This document shows positions 51,565 through 60,854 of a stretch of DNA of 64,000 bases, one piece after another (position 1 is the stretch's first letter; the number at the start of each line of letters is the position of its first letter). The notes beneath the pieces are model-generated. The model did not search any database. It was not told where the DNA came from and saw nothing but the letters and a program-made list of their open reading frames with translations. Location: contig CAVSCK010000004.1 of assembly GCA_963726455.1 (NCBI GenBank), positions 1,440,001 through 1,504,000 on the forward strand. The letters run 5' to 3'. The stretch is from an uncultured bacterium. Lineage in GTDB: Bacteria > Zixibacteria > MSB-5A5 > CAIYYT01. A program made the translations under genes and the position numbers.

Positions 51565-52277
51565 GCAAACGCATTCTTGTCGTCGAGGACGAAGAACATA
51601 TCGCCGACGGGCTGGCTATGAATCTCGAAGCCGAGGGCTACGAAGTCGTGGTCTGCGGCGACGGCAACGCTGCGCTCGATTACTACCGGAAAGGTTTTCT
51701 CGACTTGATCATTCTCGACATCATGATTCCCGGCAAGGACGGCCTCGCCGTCTGCCGCGAAATCCGGCAGAGTGGCGGACGCGTTCCGATTCTCTTTCTC
51801 ACGGCGCGTGACCGGCAGTCCGATCGCGTCGAGGGTTTCCTGACCGGCGGCGACGACTACATGACCAAACCGTTCGATTTGCAGGAACTGCTTCTGCGCG
51901 TAGCTGCCATCTTCCGTCGGCAGGTCTGGTACGGCACCGTCGAACGCGAGGAATCGCGCTACGACTGGCACGAGAATTGGATAAATTTCAAAAGCTATCT
52001 CGCGCACGGTCCCGGAGGTGAGGTCGAATTATCTCAGAAGGAATGCATGACCATGAAATTCCTGGTCGAGCATCACGACGAGGTCGTCTCTCGCGACATG
52101 ATTCTCGACGCCGTCTGGGGCTACCATGTCTACCCATCGAGCCGCACGATTGACAACTTCATCGTACGACTGCGCAAAATATTCGAGCCCGATCCTACCG
52201 TGCCGCGATACATCCATACCCTGCGCGGTGTCGGCTACAAATTCACACCCGGCGGAGAGACCGATGCCTCATTATAA
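51561..52277 (+). CDS. OmpR-family response regulator
   Basis: VVEDE, LDIMIP, FLTA, DDYMTKPF, SRTIDNFI.RLRK, TLRGVGYKF. Confidence 0.95.
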   Translation: MSKRILVVEDEEHIADGLAMNLEAEGYEVVVCGDGNAALDYYRKGFLDLIILDIMIPGKDGLAVCREIRQSGGRVPILFLTARDRQSDRVEGFLTGGDDYMTKPFDLQELLLRVAAIFRRQVWYGTVEREESRYDWHENWINFKSYLAHGPGGEVELSQKECMTMKFLVEHHDEVVSRDMILDAVWGYHVYPSSRTIDNFIVRLRKIFEPDPTVPRYIHTLRGVGYKFTPGGETDASL

Positions 52278-53286
52278 TTTCATCGCCGCTGCGCTGCGGC
52301 AACCGCACGAGACCGTGCCCATTTGGGTCATGCGCCAGGCCGGCCGATACTTGCCCGAGTACCGCGCCGTTCGCAGTCGGGCGTCGTTTCTCGATCTGTG
52401 CCATCAGCCCGACTTGATGACCGAAGTCTCCCTGCAACCGATCGACATTTTCGGCTTTGACGCCGCAATCTTCTTTTCCGACATCCTGATTCCTTTGGCG
52501 CCGCTCGGCATTTCGGTCACTTTCCCGAACGGCCCGCCGCGACTCGAACCGCCGTTACGCAGTCCTGCCGACATCGACAAATTGAAACCGTACGATATCA
52601 AGTCCGAGCTTTCGTTTGCACTCGCCGGGATCCGGCAAATTCGCACCAAACTTGATGGACGCGTGCCGTTGATCGGTTTCTGCGGATCACCTTTCACGCT
52701 CCTCTGTTACCTTGTCGAGGGTGGCGGCTCGAAAGATTTCACCGAGACCAAGAAGTTCATCTTCACGTATCCTGATGCTGCCACGCGATTGTTGACCCTT
52801 CTCGCTGATCTGGTCGGCGAATATCTCTCGCATCAGATTGCGGCCGGTGCGCAGGCAGTTCAGGTATTCGACACCTGGGGCGGAATATTGTCGCCGGCTG
52901 ATTACCGCCGCTTCAGTCTGCCCTTTGTGCAACGCGTTTTCGATCGCTGCCACACCAAAGGCGTGCCGCGCATCCTGTATCTGGGCAATACGGCCTGCTA
53001 TCTCAATCTGCTCGCCGATCTCCACTGCGAAGTGATTTCGATTGACTGGCGCACTGACTTGACGGCGGCAAAAGCTGCACTGCCCAACCAGGCAATCCAG
53101 GGCAATCTTGATCCCAACATTCTCTTCGCTCCAACGTCAGTAGTTATTGACGAGGCCCGTCGTATTCTTGAGATTATGCGCGACCGCGACGGCTTTATTT
53201 TCAACCTTGGCCACGGCATCTTACCGCAAACACCGGTTGACAACGTACATGCGCTGGTGGATACGGTTCACTCATTTCGGAGATAA
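52264..53286 (+). CDS. hemE: Uroporphyrinogen decarboxylase
   Basis: PIWVMRQAGRYLPEY, FSDIL, IGFCGSPFTL, QGNLDP, FNLGHGI. Confidence 0.96.
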   Translation: MPHYNFIAAALRQPHETVPIWVMRQAGRYLPEYRAVRSRASFLDLCHQPDLMTEVSLQPIDIFGFDAAIFFSDILIPLAPLGISVTFPNGPPRLEPPLRSPADIDKLKPYDIKSELSFALAGIRQIRTKLDGRVPLIGFCGSPFTLLCYLVEGGGSKDFTETKKFIFTYPDAATRLLTLLADLVGEYLSHQIAAGAQAVQVFDTWGGILSPADYRRFSLPFVQRVFDRCHTKGVPRILYLGNTACYLNLLADLHCEVISIDWRTDLTAAKAALPNQAIQGNLDPNILFAPTSVVIDEARRILEIMRDRDGFIFNLGHGILPQTPVDNVHALVDTVHSFRR

Positions 53287-53288
53287 TC

Positions 53289-54674
53289 ATGAAGGAATTG
53301 AATTCTACTTTCGAACTTCTGAAAAAATACGATAAGCCCGGTCCGCGCTATACTTCCTATCCCACGGCTCCCGAATTTCGGCATGACTTCACCACTGTTG
53401 ATTATACCGATGCTCTCACCCGTGCCGGCAAGAACGTCGATTCACCTCTTTCACTGTATGTTCACATTCCTTTTTGCGCCCAGCGCTGCCACTTCTGCGG
53501 TTGCACGACTGTCATTACGCACAGCGAAGAATCCGTCAACAAATATCTCGCCGCTCTCGATATCGAACTGACAAACATCAGCAAGCATCTCGGATCGCGC
53601 CGGCAATTACTGCAACTCCATTGGGGCGGCGGCACGCCGACTCATTTGAATGTAGCGCAAATCGAGCAACTCTTCCGTCAAATCACCGATCGCTTTTCGA
53701 TTCTTCCCGATGCCGAGGTTGCCATCGAGGTTGACCCGCGCGTTACGTCCGATCAGCAAATCGAAAAACTCCGCGCTCTCGGCTTCAATCGCCTCAGCAT
53801 GGGAATTCAGGACTTCACCAAAGTCGTGCAGGCCGCTATCGGTCGCTGGCAGACTTTGAACCAGAGTGAGGCGCTCTATCGTTCCTGCCGCGCCCTCGGC
53901 TATCGCGGCCTCAATATGGATTTGATCTACGGCCTGCCGAAACAGACAGTCCCTGATTTTGCGCGATCTATTGACCATGTCATCCGCATGCGTCCCGACC
54001 GAGTGGCCGTTTACAGCTATGCCTATTTACCGGCACAGCGCTCCAATCAGAAATTGATCAGCCCGTCCTGGCTGCCGACTCTCGAGGACAAATTCCGGCT
54101 CTTCGCCACGGCCGTCGACAAATTCCTGGACGCCGGCTACATCCAAATCGGCATGGACCATTTTGCCTTGCCTGACGACGAATTGGCGATCGCCCTGTCA
54201 CAGCAGACGTTGCACCGCAATTTCATGGGTTATACCACTAAACCCGCTGCTGACATGATCGGCCTTGGCATGTCCGCCATCGGTGACCTCGCCGCCTGCT
54301 ATGCACAGAATATTTCGCGCATCGGCTCTTATCATGCCGCCATCGAGGAGAAAGGCCTCGCGACCTACCGTGGCTATCACCTTTCGCAGGATGATCTCAT
54401 CCGCCGCCGCCTGATTACATTCCTCATGTGCAATTTCATTCTGCCGTTCGATTTGATTAAGCGCGAATTTGGCGTCGACTACTTCGAGTATTTCCGCGCC
54501 GAGGATGCCCAACTCGACCAGTTCATCACCGACGGTTTGCTGCTGCGGCGTCCCGATGCTCTCGAAATTACTCCCGCAGGGCGCATCTTCATTCGCAATA
54601 TCGCGATGGTCTTCGATGCCTATCTGCATCGCGCGGACAAACCGGGACAGCACACTTTCTCGCGCACGATCTGA
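53289..54674 (+). CDS. hemN: Oxygen-independent coproporphyrinogen III oxidase
   Basis: GPRYTSYPTA, HIPFC..RCHFCGC, HWGGGTP, DLIYGLP.Q, HRNFMGYTT. Confidence 0.96.
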   Translation: MKELNSTFELLKKYDKPGPRYTSYPTAPEFRHDFTTVDYTDALTRAGKNVDSPLSLYVHIPFCAQRCHFCGCTTVITHSEESVNKYLAALDIELTNISKHLGSRRQLLQLHWGGGTPTHLNVAQIEQLFRQITDRFSILPDAEVAIEVDPRVTSDQQIEKLRALGFNRLSMGIQDFTKVVQAAIGRWQTLNQSEALYRSCRALGYRGLNMDLIYGLPKQTVPDFARSIDHVIRMRPDRVAVYSYAYLPAQRSNQKLISPSWLPTLEDKFRLFATAVDKFLDAGYIQIGMDHFALPDDELAIALSQQTLHRNFMGYTTKPAADMIGLGMSAIGDLAACYAQNISRIGSYHAAIEEKGLATYRGYHLSQDDLIRRRLITFLMCNFILPFDLIKREFGVDYFEYFRAEDAQLDQFITDGLLLRRPDALEITPAGRIFIRNIAMVFDAYLHRADKPGQHTFSRTI

Positions 54675-54678
54675 GATA

Positions 54679-55703
54679 ATGGCTACCGCGCTCGAACGAA
54701 TTCAGGCAGTCACCGGGAACAGACCGCAGTTCGATCCGGCGCGGGAAATCTGGGGTGTGCTGTTCGTCAATATGGGTGGCCCCGAAAAAACGGAAGAGAT
54801 CAGACCCTATCTTTACAACATCTTCTCCGACCGCGCGGTTATTAACTTCCCGTTGGCGCCTCTCTTGCAGAAGCCAATGGCTCGTCTGATCTCGACACTT
54901 TCGCGCAAAAAGAGTCGCTGCACGTTACAATCTGATTGGCGGCGGTTCACCCCTGTTGAGTTATGATCGCAAGCTGGCTGACGGCGTTAAGCAAATCCTG
55001 ATACGCGAATTCTGCAACATCCGAGTCTATGTCGGCATGCGCTATATCGCAGCCCTTCATCGAAAGCCAGCTACAAGCAGCAATTTCCGATGGTTGCATG
55101 CACCTGCTGGTATTTCCCATGTATCCGCAATACTGTCTGGCAACCACCGGCACCGCTTTCGACGCCATCACTCGCTACCTTGCCGATCATTCGAGAGCAT
55201 TGTCGCTCGATGCAATACCTGACTATTATGAATCTGCCGGATACATTGCATTACTGCGCAAACGTATTGAGCAGGCATTCGCTAGGACACAAGCTGGCTC
55301 GAAAACACGTCTATTGTTCTCTGCTCATTCAGTCCCTGAAAGTATCCGCGCGGGCGGTGATCCTTACGTCAACCAGGTAACTCACACTTGCGATCTCGCC
55401 GGACGCGGTTATGATTATATGCTTTCCTTTCAATCAGCGACCGGCCCGGTGAAATGGGTCGGACCCGACACCTTGCAAACAATCGACAAGCTCGCCATCG
55501 AGGGTATCGAGCAACTCATAGTCGTACCGGTCAGCTTTGTGTCGGACAACATTGAGACGCTTTACGACATCGATATTGTCATGCAGGAACGTTGCCGTCA
55601 ACTTGGAATGAAACCGCTGATCCGCACCACCATGTTCAATGGCGAACCCGACTTCGCCGAATTCATCGCCGGCCTTGTCCGCGAGAGGATACGCACCACA
55701 TGA
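54679..55703 (+). CDS. hemH: Ferrochelatase (two +1 frameshifts)
   Basis: NMGGP (frame 1), YNLIGGGSPL..GMRY (frame 2), PMYPQY, FSAHSVP, FQS..GP..W.GP, SFVSDNIETLYDID (frame 3); extra bases ~54901 and ~55046. Confidence 0.9.
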
Positions 55704-57097
55704 CTGTCGATCACGAGACTCCGCGTATTGCGATCATCGGTGGCGGCATTTCCGGTTTGGCGTCGCTGCACTTTCTCAAACGCAAGCTTGGTGGACGCGC
55801 ACGGATTCGCCTGTTCGAGGCAGACTCACGGCTGGGCGGTACCATCGGCTCCGACCGCGTTGATGGTTATGTCTGTGACTGGGGGCCTAACGGCTTTCTC
55901 GATCGTGTCCCCTTGACTTTGCAGCTTGTCGATGAAATCGGCCTGCGGGACAAACTTCGTCCCGCTGATCCCCAGGCCGATAATCGTTTCATTTACCGGC
56001 ATGGCCGTCTGCATGCCATCAGCGCTTCCCCGATCAAGTTCATGACATCGCGGTTGCTGTCATTGCCAGGACGGTTGCGTGTGACGATGGAACCTTTGAT
56101 CAAAGCCAGACGCGACGGCGCCGACGAATCCGTGTTTGATTTTGCCGCGCGGCGTATCGGTCGCGAAGCCGCCGAGGCCATGATCGATCCCATGGTCTCC
56201 GGCATCTTCGGTGGTGATGCCAAAGCCGTTTCGCTCAAATCCTGTTTCCCTGTAATGGAGGAAATGGAACGCAATTACGGCTCCCTCTTCAAAGCGATGA
56301 TCGCCAAAAAGAAGTCAGGCAAGAACGCCGGACCTGCCGGACCTTCGGGACGGCTGACCTCGTTCAACAACGGTCTCTTTACGCTTGTCGAGCGCTTCTA
56401 CGAACTATACTCTGAACACATTCAGACCGGCACTCCGACCACAAATATCACTCGAACGCCCACCGGATATCATCTCGAATTTGGCAACGGCAGTTCCGAC
56501 ACCTTTGACGGCGTGATTATCGCAACCCCGGCCTATGTTGCCGCACATTTGTTGAAACGCTCTGATGAATCGGTCTCCGATCTGCTCAGCCAAATTCCCT
56601 ATGCGTCACTTGCCGTCTGTTGCTTCGGTTATCGCGACGACAAACGCGCGCAGGAACTCGATGGCTTCGGATTTCTTGTTCCCCGTAACGAGGGCAAACG
56701 AATTCTCGGCTCGATCTGGACATCGTCGATCTTCCGCGATCAGGCGCCAACCGGAGAAGTTCTGCTGCGCACAATGGTCGGCGGCTACACCGACCCCGAT
56801 GCCGTGCATCTTGACGACAAGGATCTGATCGCATTAGTTCACGGCGAGCTTAGCCAGATACTCGGCCTGCAAACGCAACCTGCCTTTGTGCGAATCTTTC
56901 GCTATGACAAGGGTATCCCCCAATTCATTCTGGGCCACAATGACCGGCTCCGGCAAATCGCGACACGCCTCGAATCTCTCCCCGGAATCTATCTTGCCAG
57001 CAATGCCTATTCCGGCATCGGCCTGAACGATTGCGTCACCCGCGCCGATGAAGTCACCACCGCTCTCGTTCAGCATCTCGCCTGCCCGAAGACCTAA
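55700..57097 (+). CDS. hemY: Protoporphyrinogen/coproporphyrinogen oxidase, FAD-dependent (HemY type)
   Basis: IIGGGISGL, GPNGF, GFGFLVP, IPQF..GH, GIGLNDCV; ATGA overlap with hemH. Confidence 0.93.
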   Translation: MTVDHETPRIAIIGGGISGLASLHFLKRKLGGRARIRLFEADSRLGGTIGSDRVDGYVCDWGPNGFLDRVPLTLQLVDEIGLRDKLRPADPQADNRFIYRHGRLHAISASPIKFMTSRLLSLPGRLRVTMEPLIKARRDGADESVFDFAARRIGREAAEAMIDPMVSGIFGGDAKAVSLKSCFPVMEEMERNYGSLFKAMIAKKKSGKNAGPAGPSGRLTSFNNGLFTLVERFYELYSEHIQTGTPTTNITRTPTGYHLEFGNGSSDTFDGVIIATPAYVAAHLLKRSDESVSDLLSQIPYASLAVCCFGYRDDKRAQELDGFGFLVPRNEGKRILGSIWTSSIFRDQAPTGEVLLRTMVGGYTDPDAVHLDDKDLIALVHGELSQILGLQTQPAFVRIFRYDKGIPQFILGHNDRLRQIATRLESLPGIYLASNAYSGIGLNDCVTRADEVTTALVQHLACPKT

Positions 57098-57178
57098 TCC
57101 GCAGCGCTTCTCCTCGTCCAAATTTCATACACCTGTGCCCTCTTATCACTTCAGCCACCCCTGACGATATATCTTAAC

Positions 57179-58003
57179 GTGCATAACAGGGTACTCCTCT
57201 ATTCTGCAGCGGCAGTGGCATTCGTGGCACTGCTCTTTCTTGGCGCCGGCCTGGGCAACAGCATTGCCTTCACCAACTTAAATCATCCCCACCGCTCTGT
57301 CGGCTGCAAGAATTGCCACGGGTTTCAAACGCGAGAGGCCGCCTCGGATTCGCTTCAAGGTCAGAAACCGGCCGCGACCGCCCAATGCCTTGAATGCCAT
57401 GCCACCGACCTGCAAAAACCCGGTTTCGCGCAGCTTTTCCACCAGCGTGGCGAGGATTGTGAACGCTGCCACAGCTTCCACAATCCGCAAGTGCTTGTGA
57501 TAAATGGAGACTCCACCGACATCGAGGTAGCCACAGCCGAGCTCTACCAATGTAGTGACTGCCACCAGACTACCACTCTCCCCGAAGTTAGTGCGGGACA
57601 TCAGGAAGCGGCGAAACTTCTGCACGGTGACACCAGGGGATTATTCCGCACCGATCCCAGCGCCTTCTGCCTGGCCTGCCACGATTACGGTGCCGTTCCG
57701 CAGGTTACGTCGAATTTAAGGCCTCCCCAGTTGCACATGGAGGCCAGTCATCCTTACGACATCAGGATCATCCCCGGCTATCGGCGCGCTGGGTCCTCCC
57801 TGAAACTGCAGGATCAGCTTGACCCAATGTACCGGCTGGTCGACGAGAAAATGACCTGTATCACCTGCCATTCCCTGGCCTCAACTAATGCCCAACTTGT
57901 GGTGGCCACAATCGACAAAGGCCTCTGCACCGGTTGCCATGATATGCAGCGTCCCGATGGCTCCTTCGCCGCCCTGTCTCTTCACAAGCAGGTCAATAAC
58001 TAG
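57179..58003 (+). CDS. Multiheme cytochrome c (7 CxxCH)
   Basis: N-terminal signal/anchor; CKNCH, CLECH, CERCH, CSDCH, CLACH, CITCH, CTGCH. Confidence 0.88.
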   Translation: MHNRVLLYSAAAVAFVALLFLGAGLGNSIAFTNLNHPHRSVGCKNCHGFQTREAASDSLQGQKPAATAQCLECHATDLQKPGFAQLFHQRGEDCERCHSFHNPQVLVINGDSTDIEVATAELYQCSDCHQTTTLPEVSAGHQEAAKLLHGDTRGLFRTDPSAFCLACHDYGAVPQVTSNLRPPQLHMEASHPYDIRIIPGYRRAGSSLKLQDQLDPMYRLVDEKMTCITCHSLASTNAQLVVATIDKGLCTGCHDMQRPDGSFAALSLHKQVNN

Positions 58004-58363
58004 TTTCCTAAGCGACCACCACCAACCCAAACTTTCCTGCCATCTGCTAACCTTAGTGAATTGAGGCACAAATCTCTCGGGACCCATGTCCGCCGGCGAC
58101 ATCATCAGGTCGGACTTCGGTTTCCCGTAAAGCACTGTGGAAAGGCCACTAAACCTGTTCGTTTTCCAGCCAATTGGACTCAAAAAAGATTCGGAAAGAT
58201 TTAATTTTCCCTTGCCTTTTTGGTATTTCACCTATATCTTGCGGCGTGCTAGGAGATACCGGTTTTTACTTTGAACGGCACATCGAGTCGCATAAACACT
58301 GGGAATTACTTCACGTTAGTGAATATTAGCTAACTTCGGACTCGAAGAAATTGAAATGTTAAT

Positions 58364-58381
58364 TTGTGAAAAAAATCACAT
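58364..58381. promoter_or_regulatory. Rex/CRP-like palindrome
   Basis: TTGTGAA-AAAA-ATCACAT. Confidence 0.6.
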
Positions 58382-58459
58382 GAATACCGGCGAAATCCAA
58401 GCTTTCTCCCTTGGTTATTTCCATTTTGCCTTGGCCGACGGATTTTTTTCCACCTCAAT

Positions 58460-58477
58460 ATGTGAAAAGCTTCACAT
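58460..58477. promoter_or_regulatory. Rex/CRP-like palindrome
   Basis: ATGTGAA-AAGC-TTCACAT (perfect 7-bp arms), just upstream of the NHL gene. Confidence 0.7.
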
Positions 58478-58501
58478 GGAAACCCGCCGGTAATCACCCA
58501 A

Positions 58502-59629
58502 ATGATGAATCAACTGCGCAGTCCGCACGAAAGACAACTCCTACGCTTCGGCTCTTCCTGTTTCACGAAGCTGCTCGTCCTATCTCTCCTAGTTCTCGCC
58601 GCTCTCTCTGCGACTACTCCGCTCTTCGCTCAGGGCAACGGCCGTTTAGTGCTGCCGGCACAGTTCGTTCGCGAACTTACTCCTCCCGGTGACGGTGGCA
58701 GCTTCCTTCGTCCCGACAAGATTTTCCTCGATAACCGTTTCAACGAAGTCTTTGTGTCCGACCCGGGATACAATCGGATCGTTGTCTTTGATACCTCCGG
58801 CCTGTACAAATTCGAATTTTCCGGCAACCAGATTTTCGGCACCGCTGATGACATTGTGGTAGACTCCGACGGCTACATTTATGTTCTGGGTTCGACCGCC
58901 GCGGGCAAGAACATCTTTGTTTTCGATTACGACGGCCTCTACCTCAAGAAGCTGGAGTTGACCGGCCTGCCCGCCGGGCAAACATTGGAAATCGATCATC
59001 TCATAATCGATGAAACCAGCACCTTCTACACGATCGACGAAGCCAAAGCGCTGGTGACTTCATTGGGCACCGACGGCGTCCTGAAAAATCAATTCCCGAT
59101 CCTGGCTGATCTCACTGACAAACTGCGGCAGGAAGCCCTCTACGGCACGCCGCAGGTTTACGGCGGCGCCATCTACATCCCGGTTTCTACCGAGGGCTCG
59201 GTGTACGTCTACGATCTCTCCGGCAACTATATTTCCAACATCGGCGTTCAGGGCACTGACGCCGGTTCGCTTAACTTCCCCGTTGCCGTCGCTGTTGCCG
59301 ACGGTGGACAAATACTCACCGTACTGGATAAACATCGCTATGTCGTCGTTTGCTACACGCTGGACGGCAAGTTCATCGGCGAGTACGGCGGCATGGGATT
59401 TAGTCTGGGCTGGTTCTACCATCCGGGCGCTTTCGCCCTCGACAAGTTCAATCGTGCCTACATCAGCCAGGTGTATCTGAATCGTGTGCAAGTCTGTGCG
59501 CTGCCCGATGCCATCATTCAGAAAGCAAAGTCACTGAACATAAAGAGTTCTCAAACACAAACTTCACCACAAAAGCTTGAAACAATGCTTAGAGAGGAGG
59601 TGATCGGGCAAATCACCGAAATCCATTGA
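58502..59629 (+). CDS. Secreted NHL-repeat beta-propeller (candidate OmcS-companion protein)
   Basis: VFVSDPGYNRIVVFD, DIVVDSDGYIYV, GSLNFPVAVAV, GWFYHP...NRVQV. Confidence 0.88.
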   Translation: MMNQLRSPHERQLLRFGSSCFTKLLVLSLLVLAALSATTPLFAQGNGRLVLPAQFVRELTPPGDGGSFLRPDKIFLDNRFNEVFVSDPGYNRIVVFDTSGLYKFEFSGNQIFGTADDIVVDSDGYIYVLGSTAAGKNIFVFDYDGLYLKKLELTGLPAGQTLEIDHLIIDETSTFYTIDEAKALVTSLGTDGVLKNQFPILADLTDKLRQEALYGTPQVYGGAIYIPVSTEGSVYVYDLSGNYISNIGVQGTDAGSLNFPVAVAVADGGQILTVLDKHRYVVVCYTLDGKFIGEYGGMGFSLGWFYHPGAFALDKFNRAYISQVYLNRVQVCALPDAIIQKAKSLNIKSSQTQTSPQKLETMLREEVIGQITEIH

Positions 59630-59673
59630 TGATGTTAACTCTAATACCTTGTGAGTGTTTTTGGAGGTTTTCT

Positions 59674-60741
59674 ATGCGTAAGGTTCTTCTCATTGCCATC
59701 TGCTTCGCCGTAGCGCTGTTTTTCAGCGGCGTAGCCTATGGTTTCCATGACGAAGGCGTGGCGCGCTGCAGTGGTTGTCATACCATGCACAACAGCCAGA
59801 ATGGCACTGCGGTAGACACCACAACCGGCCATGAAAACGGTAACGAATACCTGTTGATCAAGGCCAAGCCGTCTGACGTCTGCTTGTCATGCCACGGTGC
59901 CGAACGCGGCGCCGTATTTGGCACCGATCCGTTGGCTCCCCCGGCCGAAAAGGGCCCGGGTAACTTTGTTTTCCTTCTGGAGAACAACATTTATGATGGC
60001 CGCACTGGCACCGTCACCGGCGACGCCGCCGGTCACAACGTCGATGCCCCGTCCAGAGGCGTCGGTCCGGACGCTACCCTGAGCTCCGCCCCGGGTGGAA
60101 CTTTCCCGGCCAGTGCTATGGGTTGCTCCTCCTGCCATGATCCGCATGGCAACCAGAACTATCGTCTTCTGTATGGCGCCGGTGGCGTTGTGCAGGATGG
60201 TATCGCCACGTTCACCAGTGCTGCTCCGACCGCCGAAGGTCTTGGTTTCAGCGCCGCTGCTGAAAGCAACACCAACCACGTCGCCTACAAGGGTGGCTTC
60301 AGCGCTTGGTGCGGAAACTGCCACGGCAATTTCCATCAGGAAGCAGGCGGCAGACTTGAGCATCCGTCCGGCGAAGGCTTGGGCGGCACGATTTCCGGTA
60401 ACTATGGTCGTTACAATGGTACTGCCCATTACAACAGTGGTACTCCGGCGACCTCGTATCTGGCAGCGGTCCCGTTTGAGGATGCAGCCAATACCACCAC
60501 CTCGACTGCCGGCCCGACGGCCTCCAGCCAGGTGTCTTGCATCACCTGCCACAGAGCACATGCCACCTCAGCTCCGGATGCCGGCCGCTGGGACTTCAAT
60601 GTGACCTGGCTCTCTGACGACGGTGTTCGCTCCGGTTCCTATGCTATTCCAAATCCGTACGGTCCCGACGTGGAAATTCAGCGCTCGCTGTGCAACAAGT
60701 GCCACGTGAAGGATGCCGGCGACGTTGGAAGCAATCCGTAA
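59674..60741 (+). CDS. omcS: Hexaheme cytochrome c, OmcS-family (nanowire-type)
   Basis: RBS GGAGG; signal peptide then FHDEGVARCSGCHTMHNS, CLSCH, APGGTFPA..CSSCHDPHG, VAY.GG.S.WCGNCH, CITCHRAHA, QRSLCNKCH.KD; collinear with Geobacter OmcS motifs as recalled. Confidence 0.85.
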   Translation: MRKVLLIAICFAVALFFSGVAYGFHDEGVARCSGCHTMHNSQNGTAVDTTTGHENGNEYLLIKAKPSDVCLSCHGAERGAVFGTDPLAPPAEKGPGNFVFLLENNIYDGRTGTVTGDAAGHNVDAPSRGVGPDATLSSAPGGTFPASAMGCSSCHDPHGNQNYRLLYGAGGVVQDGIATFTSAAPTAEGLGFSAAAESNTNHVAYKGGFSAWCGNCHGNFHQEAGGRLEHPSGEGLGGTISGNYGRYNGTAHYNSGTPATSYLAAVPFEDAANTTTSTAGPTASSQVSCITCHRAHATSAPDAGRWDFNVTWLSDDGVRSGSYAIPNPYGPDVEIQRSLCNKCHVKDAGDVGSNP

Positions 60742-60801
60742 TCGGATCTTGTGATACAAGCTGTTGAGTTGATACCCCTTATCAGCAACTACAGTGAAAA
60801 G

Positions 60802-60834
60802 CAAAACGCCCGACTGACAAAGCCGGGCGTTTTG
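60802..60834 (+). terminator. Strong hairpin/terminator after the omcS-like gene
   Basis: CAAAACGCCCG-11 nt-CGGGCGTTTTG. Confidence 0.75.
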
Positions 60835-60854
60835 ATTAAATTAATCAGTAAGAA

